From Desulfobacteraceae bacterium (GTDB lineage Bacteria; Desulfobacterota; Desulfobacteria; Desulfobacterales; SURF-7): a stretch of DNA of 64,000 nucleotides. A program made the position numbers and the translations under genes. Positions within the stretch are counted from its first letter, which is position 1, and each line of letters starts with the position of its first letter. The stretch covers positions 3,484 through 67,483 of the forward strand of contig QZKS01000093.1 of NCBI GenBank assembly GCA_003599865.1, given 5' to 3'. The notes below the pieces were generated by a model, which had not been told where the DNA came from, searched no databases, and saw nothing but the letters and a program-made list of their open reading frames with translations. Below are positions 18,678 through 26,264 of the stretch, piece after piece.

Positions 18678-18857
18678 GATAATTCCAAATTACGGGTTTT
18701 TATTCGGGCTGTTGTTGTATTGGTAATCAAAGCTGTAATATGAAGATGAGAGTAAAACGAGGAAAGTCAAGAGTCGGTAAGCCGGTAAACATGAAGGGCA
18801 GTATAACGGAATAATCCGTATCGGTCAATCGTGAAAAAACATTCTGTCCGGGTAGCC

Positions 18858-19152
18858 GAATTCCCCTTGAGGGGGATCAAGGGGCATAATCGCTAAGTTA
18901 AATTAATTATTAATCATTAACAATTGATTATTGATTATTATTTTTTCATTAATGTCAGTAGATTCTGAACTCCGCTTTGCACCGGAGTGACGGTATTCGG
19001 ACTTTTCATGAGTTGATTATTTCTATTTTGGTAATTTTGTCAATATAGACCTATCATATTATAATAATTAATAATCAATGATTAATAATCAATGATTATT
19101 AATCAATTGTTAACGTAGCGCTTATGCCCCCGGCCCCCTCAAGAGGAGAATT
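18858..19152. mobile_element. MITE-like composite palindromic element. G/C-tract repeats act as terminal inverted repeats around an AT-rich inverted-repeat core with a central hairpin unit.
   Basis: The left end is gaattccccttgagggggatcaaggggcataatcgc. The right end is gcgcttatgcccccggccccctcaagaggagaattt, which is the reverse complement type. The inner arms are AT-rich and imperfectly inverted (ttaatcattaacaattgattattgatta versus taatcaatgattattaatcaattgttaac). A tandem ATTAATAATCAATG x2 lies at about 19067..19094. A copy of the ccgtcactccgg...ccggagt hairpin repeat lies at the centre (18965..18993). There is no ORF. Confidence 0.5.
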
Positions 19153-19205
19153 TAAGGTGCTGTTGTCCAGTACGGACAAGTATCAGGATTTCAGATGTCT
19201 TGCGG

Positions 19206-19421
19206 TCAGGTTTCATATTTAAAAGAAAGATTGACCCGGGTCCTGAAGGCGACGACCTTCCCTTTTTCAACCTTCATGTCCATTTTGACGACATCGGCAA
19301 TCCTCAGGTCTTTGAGAGATTTGCCGGCTGTTTCCACGGCGTTTTTGGCAGCCTGTTCCCAGGAAACATCACTTGTGCCTACGAGTTCAATGATTTTGTA
19401 TACACTCTCGCTCATATTCAT
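19206..19421 (-). CDS. Dodecin-family flavin-binding protein
   Basis: 71 aa: SVYKIIELVGTSDVSWEQAAKNAVETAGKSLKDLRIADVVKMDMKVEKGKVVAFRTRVNLSFKYE. This matches the dodecin pattern (VYKxxEhxGxS...A...A......LR...V). GGGAGG lies upstream. Confidence 0.75.
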   Translation of the reverse strand: MNMSESVYKIIELVGTSDVSWEQAAKNAVETAGKSLKDLRIADVVKMDMKVEKGKVVAFRTRVNLSFKYET

Positions 19422-19845
19422 CCTCCCTTCGTGTCAAGCGGCTGTCTTGTCAACAGATCCCCGATATGGAAAGCTGAAAAACAGCCAGGTTAATACTGCC
19501 TTTGTTGATCACTGCAAACGGGTAAGGTAGGGATAAAATCTTATAAATTATTGTTATCAGGTTTGAAGCTTCAGTTTTTTTCGGATGGAAACAGTGTGTC
19601 GATAGTAGAATAAATTTGAATGGGTGTCAAAAGAAAATATCCATTGTGTTGATATGAAATAATGGGCTTTTGTCCACAGGGATGCCGGGTTTTTATTTTT
19701 CCTGAATTTTTTATTTGCCTTGGGCCGTCCTTCAGGTATAACTTGTTTCCGATTATTCTGAATCTGTTGCCGGATTGTCTGAAAGACGGATTTTTCAACA
19801 AATGCAGGGGCATCCGGCAGCCATACCGTACGCAGGGGGAATACC

Positions 19846-20868
19846 ATGAAATTAGGCATTATCGGTTCATCCGGTGCCGGAAAAAAAACCGTTTTTGAGG
19901 CATTGACGAAAAATTCAGCAGGGGCGGGCCATTCCGGGGAGAGCCAGATCGGGACCATTGCGGTTCCGGATGAACGTGTTGATATTTTAAGCAGGATGTA
20001 CAATCCCAGAAAAACGATTTACGCCCAGGTGGAATATTTTCTTCCCGGCCGGAAATCAGTCAAAAACGATCCCAATGTCTGGAACGACATCCGCGATTGT
20101 GACGCCCTCATCCATGTGGTGAGAAATTTTAAAGGATTCGGTGCGGAAAATCCCAATCCCGGAGCGGATATTGTCGCCCTGGACCAGGAAATGGTATTCG
20201 CCGATCTGGTGGTTGTGGAAAAACGACTGGAGCGCATTGACCTGGATAAAAAAAGAGGGAAGAATATCAATCTGGAAGAACTGGCTCTGCTCCAGAGATG
20301 CCTGGAATGCCTGAACCAGGAAAAGCCCCTGAGAACCGATCCGGAACTGGCAGCCTCTCCGGCACTGAGGGGGTTTGCCTTTGTCTCCGGCAAACCGGTT
20401 CTGATCCTTTTCAACAATGACGATGAAAATGAGGAGATGCCCGATGCCGGAAAGCAGGTCGAAACCGATCATGTGATGGTCATCCGGGCAAAACTGGAGC
20501 TGGAACTCTCGCAGATGTCCAGGGAAGAAGCAGAGGAATTTCTGGCGGAGTTCAATATCCGGGCCTCGGCAATGGACCGGGTGATTAAGAAGTCCTATGA
20601 GATTCTGGGATTGATATCCTTTTTTACGGTAGGAGAAGATGAGGTCCGGGCATGGACCATTAAAAGCAGGACCGAAGCCGTGGATTCCGCCGAGGTGATC
20701 CATTCGGATATCAAAAAAGGATTTATCCGTGCAGAGGTTATTGCTTATAAAGACCTGATGGATGCAGGCAATTATCAGGAAGCCAAAAAAAGAGGAACGG
20801 TCCGGCTGGAAGGAAAAACCTATATTGTGCAGGACGGGGATATCATCAATTTCCGGTTCAATGTGTAA
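19846..20868 (+). CDS. YchF/OLA1-family protein with a divergent P-loop and a conserved C-terminal TGS-like (DUF933) domain
   Basis: The C-terminus is classic YchF: ISFFTVGEDEVRAWTIKSRTEAVDSAEVIHSDIKKGFIRAEVIAYKDL...GKTYIVQDGDIINFRFNV. The N-terminus is GIIGSSGAGKKT rather than GLPNVGKST. Confidence 0.7.
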   Translation: MKLGIIGSSGAGKKTVFEALTKNSAGAGHSGESQIGTIAVPDERVDILSRMYNPRKTIYAQVEYFLPGRKSVKNDPNVWNDIRDCDALIHVVRNFKGFGAENPNPGADIVALDQEMVFADLVVVEKRLERIDLDKKRGKNINLEELALLQRCLECLNQEKPLRTDPELAASPALRGFAFVSGKPVLILFNNDDENEEMPDAGKQVETDHVMVIRAKLELELSQMSREEAEEFLAEFNIRASAMDRVIKKSYEILGLISFFTVGEDEVRAWTIKSRTEAVDSAEVIHSDIKKGFIRAEVIAYKDLMDAGNYQEAKKRGTVRLEGKTYIVQDGDIINFRFNV

Positions 20869-20874
20869 GAATCC

Positions 20875-22584
20875 ATGCTGCGTGAACTATCCATTCGTAA
20901 TTTTGCCATTATCGATGATCTGAATATCGGTTTTTCAGAGGGGCTGACGATTTTAAGCGGTGAGACAGGCGCCGGAAAGTCCATCATCATCAATGCGGTG
21001 AATCTTCTTCTGGGAAGCCGTGCAACAAGCCGTATGGTTCGAACCGGCGCGGATTCCGCCGAGCTCTCGGCTGCGTTTGATGTCGCATCCGGGGGAGGCA
21101 TTGCACAAAAAATGGAATCCCAGGGCTTTGATCCGTCCGAAGGGCTGATCATCCGGCGGGTGATTTCGCGGAACGACCGGCACAAGGTGTATATCAACGG
21201 CCGTCCCGCCACCATGCAGCAGCTTTCCGACATGACGGAGAATCTTGCCGGCATTTCCGGCCAGCATGCCCACCAGGGACTCCTGAAGGAGGACCAGCAT
21301 CTTCTGATCCTGGACCAGTTCGGCGGTCTGTTGAAGCACCGGGAAGCAATTTATCGGAATTATCACAAGATTCTCCCCCTCATGAAAACCCTGGAAGAAT
21401 GGAAACGGAAAAAAGGAAGGCAGCAGGACCATCTGGAACTGCTTGCATTTCAGAAAAAGGAAATCGAGGATGCCTGCCTGATTCCGGATGAAGACCGGCA
21501 ATTGGAACAGGAAAGGAAAAAACTGAAAAACAGTGAAGTCCTGTATCAGTCCGTGTTTCAGGTCGTTGAGATGCTTCAGGATGGGCAGGGATCGGTCCAT
21601 GAGATTCTGGCAGGTGCCGGAAAGGTGCTGGATCAGGTGGGAACCATTGACCCGTATCTGCAGGAAAAATCCGGAAAGGTTAAGGAGTTCCTCTATGGGC
21701 TGGAGGATGTCACAACCGAACTCCGGAAGTACGCGGACACGATCCAGACCGACACCGGCCGTCTGGAACAGGTGGAGGACCGGCTGGATTTCATTGTCCG
21801 CTTAAAAAGAAAATACGGCGGTTCCCTGCAAGCGGTTTTTGCCCATCTGGAAACCGTGGAAAAGGAACTCAACGATGTGGGAAATTTAGATGAGAAGATC
21901 GCCGAAGCGGAAACGGAACTGTCCCGTCTTCATCAGGATACCATAGGGCTGGCAAGAGAGCTGTCGGAAAAACGGAAGCAGGCTGCCGGGACCCTGGCAG
22001 CAAAGGTGGTGCAGGAGCTGTCCGACCTGAAAATGCCGCAGACCGATTTTCACATCCTGCTCGAACCAACCTCCCCGGCATCGGAAACATCTATATACCT
22101 GTCGGACAACGGCTGCCTGCTGATGGAAACCGGATTGGACAATGCAAGGTTTCTGCTGTCTCCCAATATCGGTGAGGTCGTAAAACCGCTGGCCGATATC
22201 GCATCCGGCGGAGAGCTGTCCCGGGTTGTGCTGGCGTTGAAGACGATTCTGGCAAAGACGGATGCGGTTGAGACGGTCGTGTTTGATGAGGTGGATGCGG
22301 GGATCGGCGGAAGCGTGGCCGAGGTGGTGGGCAGAAAGCTGGTTTCCCTGGCCAAAACCCATCAGGTTATCTGCATCACGCATCTTCCGCAGATTGCCAA
22401 ATTCGGGAATCATCATTATAAAATAGAAAAAGCCGTATCAAACGGCAGAACCCAGACCGGTGTCACACCGCTTGCCCCCCACGAACGTGTGGACGAGATC
22501 GCCAGAATGCTGGGGGGTGAAAAGATCACCCGGGTGACACGGGACCACGCTGCGGAAATGTTGCAGCAAAGTGAAAGCAATTAA
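20875..22584 (+). CDS. recN: DNA repair protein RecN (SMC-like ATPase)
   Basis: MLRELSIRNFAIIDDLNIGFSEGLTILSGETGAGKSIIINAV, a long coiled-coil, the signature SGGELSRVVLALK, and Walker B in VVFDEVDAGIGG. Confidence 0.92.
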   Translation: MLRELSIRNFAIIDDLNIGFSEGLTILSGETGAGKSIIINAVNLLLGSRATSRMVRTGADSAELSAAFDVASGGGIAQKMESQGFDPSEGLIIRRVISRNDRHKVYINGRPATMQQLSDMTENLAGISGQHAHQGLLKEDQHLLILDQFGGLLKHREAIYRNYHKILPLMKTLEEWKRKKGRQQDHLELLAFQKKEIEDACLIPDEDRQLEQERKKLKNSEVLYQSVFQVVEMLQDGQGSVHEILAGAGKVLDQVGTIDPYLQEKSGKVKEFLYGLEDVTTELRKYADTIQTDTGRLEQVEDRLDFIVRLKRKYGGSLQAVFAHLETVEKELNDVGNLDEKIAEAETELSRLHQDTIGLARELSEKRKQAAGTLAAKVVQELSDLKMPQTDFHILLEPTSPASETSIYLSDNGCLLMETGLDNARFLLSPNIGEVVKPLADIASGGELSRVVLALKTILAKTDAVETVVFDEVDAGIGGSVAEVVGRKLVSLAKTHQVICITHLPQIAKFGNHHYKIEKAVSNGRTQTGVTPLAPHERVDEIARMLGGEKITRVTRDHAAEMLQQSESN

Positions 22585-22670
22585 TCCCTGAACAGGCTGT
22601 TCCGGCTTTACCCGCAATGGCAGGAGAATGCTATTCCGGCAATGCCGGATCTTGCCGAAAGGATACGATA

Positions 22671-23771
22671 ATGAAAGTAGACGGCATGAATATCCGTCCC
22701 ATATGGCTTCATGAAAACGGATCGATCGTCAATGTGATTGATCAGCGTCTTCTGCCCCATGAATTTGTGGTGGCGGAGCTTCGGAATGTGGATCATGTGA
22801 TCACTGCCATCAAAGAGATGTTTGTCCGCGGTGCGCCCCTGATCGGTGCCACCGGCGCATACGGGGTCTATCTGGCAGCCCTTACTTCTCCGGATATAAC
22901 CGTTCCCGATGGTTATCTGCGGCAGGAATGCGAACGCCTGAAAGCGGCAAGGCCAACAGCCGTGAATCTTGCCTGGGCCGTGGACCGGGTGTTTGCGTCC
23001 GTCCGGGACCAAAAAGGATACGGAAGAATTCATGCCGCCAGGCAGGAAGCGGAAGCCGTCACCGAAGAGGAAGCGGAAAACTGCCGGATGATCGGCGAGC
23101 ATGGTGTTTCGATTATTGAGGAGATCAGCACAAAGAAAAGTGGGGAGACGGTGAATATCCTGACCCACTGCAATGCAGGCTGGCTGGCATGCGTGGAATA
23201 CGGAACCGCAACCGCCCCCATGTATGCAGCCTTTGAGCGCGGGATCGATATTCATGTGTGGGTGGATGAAACCCGCCCCCTGAATCAGGGCGCCCGTCTC
23301 ACCGCCTGGGAGCTTGGCAAACACGGCATCCGCCACACTGTCATCACGGACAATGCCGGCGGGCATCTGATGCAGCGCGGTTTGGTGGACCTTGTTCTCG
23401 TGGGAACCGACCGAACCACTTACACCGGCGATGTGGCCAATAAAATCGGAACCTATTTAAAAGCCCTGGCCGCAAAGGACAACAATATCCCTTTTTATGT
23501 GGCCCTTCCCTCCAGCACCTTTGACTGGAATCTGAGAAACGGATTGCAGGACATTCCCATCGAAGAACGGGAAGTAGACGAAGTAAGGCTCATCCAGGGC
23601 CTGCACAACGGGAAGCTGACAAACGTCCTCGTCCCACCGGCAGAAAGCCCCTGCGGAAATCCCGTTTTTGATGTCACTCCCGCAAGACTCGTAACCGGTT
23701 TCATCACGGAAAGAGGGATCTGCAAAGCATCGGAACAAGGCATCCTGGAATTGTTTCCGGAAAAGAGGTAA
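22671..23771 (+). CDS. mtnA: S-methyl-5-thioribose-1-phosphate isomerase (eIF-2B alpha/beta/delta-like)
   Basis: I moved the start to ATG 22671. Family blocks are VIDQRLLPHE, VRGAPLIGATGAYG, THCNAG, ETRPLNQGARLTAWEL, VGTDRT..GDVANKIGTY and PFYVALPSSTFD. Confidence 0.85.
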   Translation: MKVDGMNIRPIWLHENGSIVNVIDQRLLPHEFVVAELRNVDHVITAIKEMFVRGAPLIGATGAYGVYLAALTSPDITVPDGYLRQECERLKAARPTAVNLAWAVDRVFASVRDQKGYGRIHAARQEAEAVTEEEAENCRMIGEHGVSIIEEISTKKSGETVNILTHCNAGWLACVEYGTATAPMYAAFERGIDIHVWVDETRPLNQGARLTAWELGKHGIRHTVITDNAGGHLMQRGLVDLVLVGTDRTTYTGDVANKIGTYLKALAAKDNNIPFYVALPSSTFDWNLRNGLQDIPIEEREVDEVRLIQGLHNGKLTNVLVPPAESPCGNPVFDVTPARLVTGFITERGICKASEQGILELFPEKR

Positions 23772-23844
23772 ACAGACCATAATTCCTTCGATACATATCC
23801 CCCAGCGATACTTCGAACGAACCATAACCGTGAAATCCATCACC

Positions 23845-23915
23845 GATCTGAATAACGATTTGTATTATATGAAAAAAAGTGTTGAATAATTTCCCACATA
23901 TAATATTATGCGAAA
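23845..23915 (+). repeat. 71-bp direct repeat, copy A. It contains a sigma70-like TTGAAT-N16-TATTAT.
   Basis: gatctgaataacgatttgtattatatgaaaaaaagtgttgaataatttcccacatataatattatgcgaaa matches 25001..25071 with about 5 mismatches by hand alignment. Confidence 0.8.
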
Positions 23916-23926
23916 AAGTCTCATCT

Positions 23927-23956
23927 CCGTCATGCCGGACTTGATCCGGCATCCAG
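23927..23956. repeat. Hairpin repeat unit, single arm, of the CCGTCA-hairpin-TCCAG family
   Basis: ccgtcATGCCGGActtgaTCCGGCATccag. Related copies lie at 41079..41152, 47652..47722 and 18965..18993. Confidence 0.6.
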
Positions 23957-24022
23957 AATCTATTGAAAAAACTAGTGTTGGCCGGCTCTATAAAATAATG
24001 CAGCACTTTACCAAGAGGAAAA

Positions 24023-24226
24023 ATGGGAGAGGGTTTCATGGTCATAAGCAAGGTCATTAAAAAATATAAATTCAATGAACAACCGAATGATTTTCTATTT
24101 TGGCAATCAAAGTCATATGAAGAGCGGTTGGATGCATTAGAGCAAATACGAAAAGAATATAATTCATGGAGATATAATGCTGAGCAAGGATTTCAAAGAA
24201 TTTATCGAATTGTTAAACGAACATAA
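24023..24226 (+). CDS. Small hypothetical protein, a possible antitoxin-like partner of the downstream nucleotidyltransferase-fold protein
   Basis: 67 aa with AGAGGA upstream. It overlaps the next ORF by 50 nt. SYEERLDALEQIRKEYN...FQRIYRIVKR resembles small proteins I recall upstream of this NTase-fold family. Confidence 0.45.
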   Translation: MGEGFMVISKVIKKYKFNEQPNDFLFWQSKSYEERLDALEQIRKEYNSWRYNAEQGFQRIYRIVKRT

Positions 24227-24614
24227 AGTCAGATATTTGGTGGTTGGCGGATATGCCGTAGCATTCCACGGGCACCCGCGCTATACAAAGGATCTTGATG
24301 TATGGATTGATCTCTCACCTGAAAACGCTGATAACATCATAAAGGCGCTAGAAAAATTCGGCTTTGGGTCATTGGGACTCAAACCTGAGGATTTCCTTGA
24401 AAGCGACCAGATTGTTCAACTTGGCTATCCGCCTAATAGAATTGATATCTTGACAACATTAAAAAAAATAAAATTTGATGACTGCTTTATAGCAAGAGTC
24501 GAGGTTGAGATTCAAGGCGTGAAAATCAATTTTATTGATCTTGAAAATTTAAAGCAGAATAAGCGGGCCACTGGACGTCCGCAAGATCTGGCTGATGCAG
24601 AAAGTTTAGAATAA
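24177..24614 (+). CDS. Nucleotidyltransferase-fold protein (small MNT/DUF6036-like family)
   Basis: 145 aa: FIELLNEHKVRYLVVGGYAVAFHGHPRYTKDLDVWID...PNRIDILT...NLKQNKRATGRPQDLADAESL. The GG...D.D pattern fits a minimal NTase fold. Confidence 0.6.
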   Translation: MLSKDFKEFIELLNEHKVRYLVVGGYAVAFHGHPRYTKDLDVWIDLSPENADNIIKALEKFGFGSLGLKPEDFLESDQIVQLGYPPNRIDILTTLKKIKFDDCFIARVEVEIQGVKINFIDLENLKQNKRATGRPQDLADAESLE

Positions 24615-24654
24615 TCAAGAGTCGCATGACCAACACTTGAGGAAAGCATATTAA

Positions 24655-24690
24655 ATATTCCCCCGAGGGGGGCCAAGGGGGGTGTAATCC
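24655..24690 (+). repeat. G/C-tract dispersed repeat, single copy
   Basis: atattcccccgaggggggccaaggggggtgtaatcc aligns with the units at 15707, 15758 (reverse complement), 18858 and 19118 (reverse complement). Confidence 0.6.
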
Positions 24691-25000
24691 ACATCCACCA
24701 AGGAGACAACCCGGATAGGAAAAAAATCAAAACGCCGTCCATCAGGAAATGCCGCTCCATGAATAATTTTAAGACTTCGTCGTTCAAACTCGCGGATAAA
24801 GGCTCGTAAACAAAAAACAGGATAAAAAAAATCAATACCCCCCGAAGCATAGCGATTTTCCTGATTTCAAATTACCGCCGAACCATAATGCTGTTTTTTG
24901 TCAACGATCCCTAATCCGCTCAGACAGTGAACGACTTCGCTATAAAATCATTCATTCCGCTCCGGCCTCAAATTGCGAGCGAACCGCCAAACCCAACATT

Positions 25001-25071
25001 GATCCGAATAACGATTTGTATTGTATGAAAAAAAGTGTTGAATAATTTCCGGCATGTAATATTATGCGAAA
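25001..25071 (+). repeat. 71-bp direct repeat, copy B
   Basis: gatccgaataacgatttgtattgtatgaaaaaaagtgttgaataatttccggcatgtaatattatgcgaaa. Weaker similarity extends about 30 bp further left in both copies (cgaacgaacc... versus cgagcgaacc...). Confidence 0.8.
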
Positions 25072-25148
25072 CAATTGAGAAATGAGATTCAATTCGTAAA
25101 AATCAGGATTTGAATACAAAATCCGCCCCGTAAACATGCGGATTAATA

Positions 25149-25233
25149 TCAGGGAGAAAGTGCCTGAATACCCCCCTGATTTGGAACTTATCAGGGAAAA
25201 AGTGCCCGATTTGGTCAGGGAAAATTGACCTGA
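25149..25233 (+). promoter_or_regulatory. Three direct copies of an operator-like imperfect palindrome, TCAGG-N9-CCTGA
   Basis: TCAGGgagaaagtgCCTGA lies at 25149..25167, TCAGGgaaaaagtgCCCGA at 25191..25209 and TCAGGgaaaattgaCCTGA at 25215..25233. All sit directly upstream of ORF 25241. Confidence 0.45.
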
Positions 25234-25240
25234 CAATAAT

Positions 25241-25786
25241 ATGGTTGGCCAAACCAAACCTGTATTTGAAGAAGTGGCTATGATGATTAATGAATTATTA
25301 AAGAGCCTGCAGAGTCCACCTGGGTGGTCACGGACTATCACTATTGTGACTTTAGTTGCAATAGCAGTATTTATTGCTTCTAATTGGTACAATAAAGGTA
25401 TAATAGATTCATTAAGAGAACAGATATCTTTATTAAAAACCCAAGTCGAGCTCGCTCGAACAGAAGTTGTAAAGTCTCAGTCTCCCTCCGGCAATGCGCC
25501 CACACAATCAACGATATCTCCGCAACCCGTTTCAATAAAAAACGAAAACATTCAGATTAACCAAGTCCCCGACCTACGAGGCCAGTTAGTCCTTGTTGAA
25601 GCCGAAAATAGCCGATTAGAGACTGATATAGCTCGACTAAATCGAGAGGTAGCCTCCTTAACGCCGCTTCGTGAAGAGCTTGCATCTGCAAACGTGCGGA
25701 TTAAAACCAGAGGACGCTTGCTTCAAGAAGCAAAGAAATGGGTAAGAGAAGATACAAAACAAGAAATTGAGGAGGAACTTAAATGA
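25241..25786 (+). CDS. Hypothetical membrane-anchored coiled-coil protein
   Basis: 181 aa with one TM (ITIVTLVAIAVFIASNWY), followed by heptad-like helical segments (LREQISLLKTQVELARTEVV, LETDIARLNREVASL). The start is uncertain; an alternative ATG lies at 25280. The 3' end overlaps the next ORF by 4 nt. Confidence 0.5.
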   Translation: MVGQTKPVFEEVAMMINELLKSLQSPPGWSRTITIVTLVAIAVFIASNWYNKGIIDSLREQISLLKTQVELARTEVVKSQSPSGNAPTQSTISPQPVSIKNENIQINQVPDLRGQLVLVEAENSRLETDIARLNREVASLTPLREELASANVRIKTRGRLLQEAKKWVREDTKQEIEEELK

Positions 25787-26223
25787 TTAAAAGCATGTTA
25801 AGAGTATTTGGATCATTGATCATTACGGGAATTGTGTTAGGGTGTGCATCTATATCAAGTACCCCCTGTAAAAGCCCGGTGGATTTTGTGAAGGAAGTCT
25901 ATAGCGCTGACGGTAAAACAATCGAATACGCTCTCGATCCAAACATTAAATATCAATCTGTTCGAATTGAATTTTTCGCAAAACGAGGTATGACTCTTCG
26001 CCACAATACAACGGTAATTATACAAGCACCAAACGGTACAATTCCAATTCCAGATAAAGTCTTCATCGCACCGGCACAGCGGTGGTTCAACTTCGTTGCC
26101 GTCGATCAAAGTGGTTGTTCAATGTGGGGTCTCGTTAACGAAGTCCCTCTTCAAAAACAAGGCAATATTATTAGCATCGATATTCCAACGCCAGGAGAGG
26201 GTCACGCTTTCGTTTTGAAATAG
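25783..26223 (+). CDS. Hypothetical lipoprotein
   Basis: 146 aa. The signal and lipobox are MIKSMLRVFGSLIITGIVLGC-ASISS. It is translationally coupled to the upstream ORF by an ATGA overlap. Confidence 0.55.
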   Translation: MIKSMLRVFGSLIITGIVLGCASISSTPCKSPVDFVKEVYSADGKTIEYALDPNIKYQSVRIEFFAKRGMTLRHNTTVIIQAPNGTIPIPDKVFIAPAQRWFNFVAVDQSGCSMWGLVNEVPLQKQGNIISIDIPTPGEGHAFVLK

Positions 26224-26264
26224 TTCTTGTAAATAGTGTGCCAATACTTTTGGCAAATGAGATT

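Noticed and set aside
19557-20003. 148-aa (minus) and 78-aa (plus) ORFs in the 19.43-19.85 kb intergenic region upstream of the ychF-like gene
   Set aside because: They overlap each other and the ychF-like start. They have odd composition and no motifs or RBS. The roughly 420-bp spacer may hold a promoter or an sRNA, but I saw no conserved structure to call.
23704-24075. ORFs whose translations contain WMPDQVRHD or LDSDFRQND-like strings: 23704..24075 (-), 40833..41171 (-), 47663..47848 (+), and the first 43 codons of 41085..41690
   Set aside because: These peptides are just translations of the palindromic hairpin repeat family. The ORFs bridge intergenic regions and overlap real gene ends.
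24512-24850. A 112-aa minus-strand ORF downstream of, and overlapping, the NTase-fold gene
   Set aside because: It overlaps the 3' end of the better-supported + strand gene and runs through the G/C-tract repeat (the PPLAPLGG part). It has no RBS or recognisable domain. It could conceivably be a gene remnant, but I cannot support that.
23772-25240. A search for an integron integrase (intI) or any tyrosine recombinase next to the attC-like sites
   Set aside because: I translated the non-coding stretches 24615..25240 on both strands by eye and found no recombinase-like motifs (no R..HxxR..Y pattern). The upstream neighbour is mtnA. The island is therefore treated as integrase-less.
25243-25252. 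GTTGGCC cores at 23977..23983 and 25244..25250, and cgcGTTGAAT at about 30037..30046, as additional attC or attI crossover points
   Set aside because: The core heptamers match, but I could not find the complementary inverse core or an L''/L' pairing within 150 bp upstream of any of them. A 7-mer alone is not evidence. They are mentioned only as weak context in the findings.
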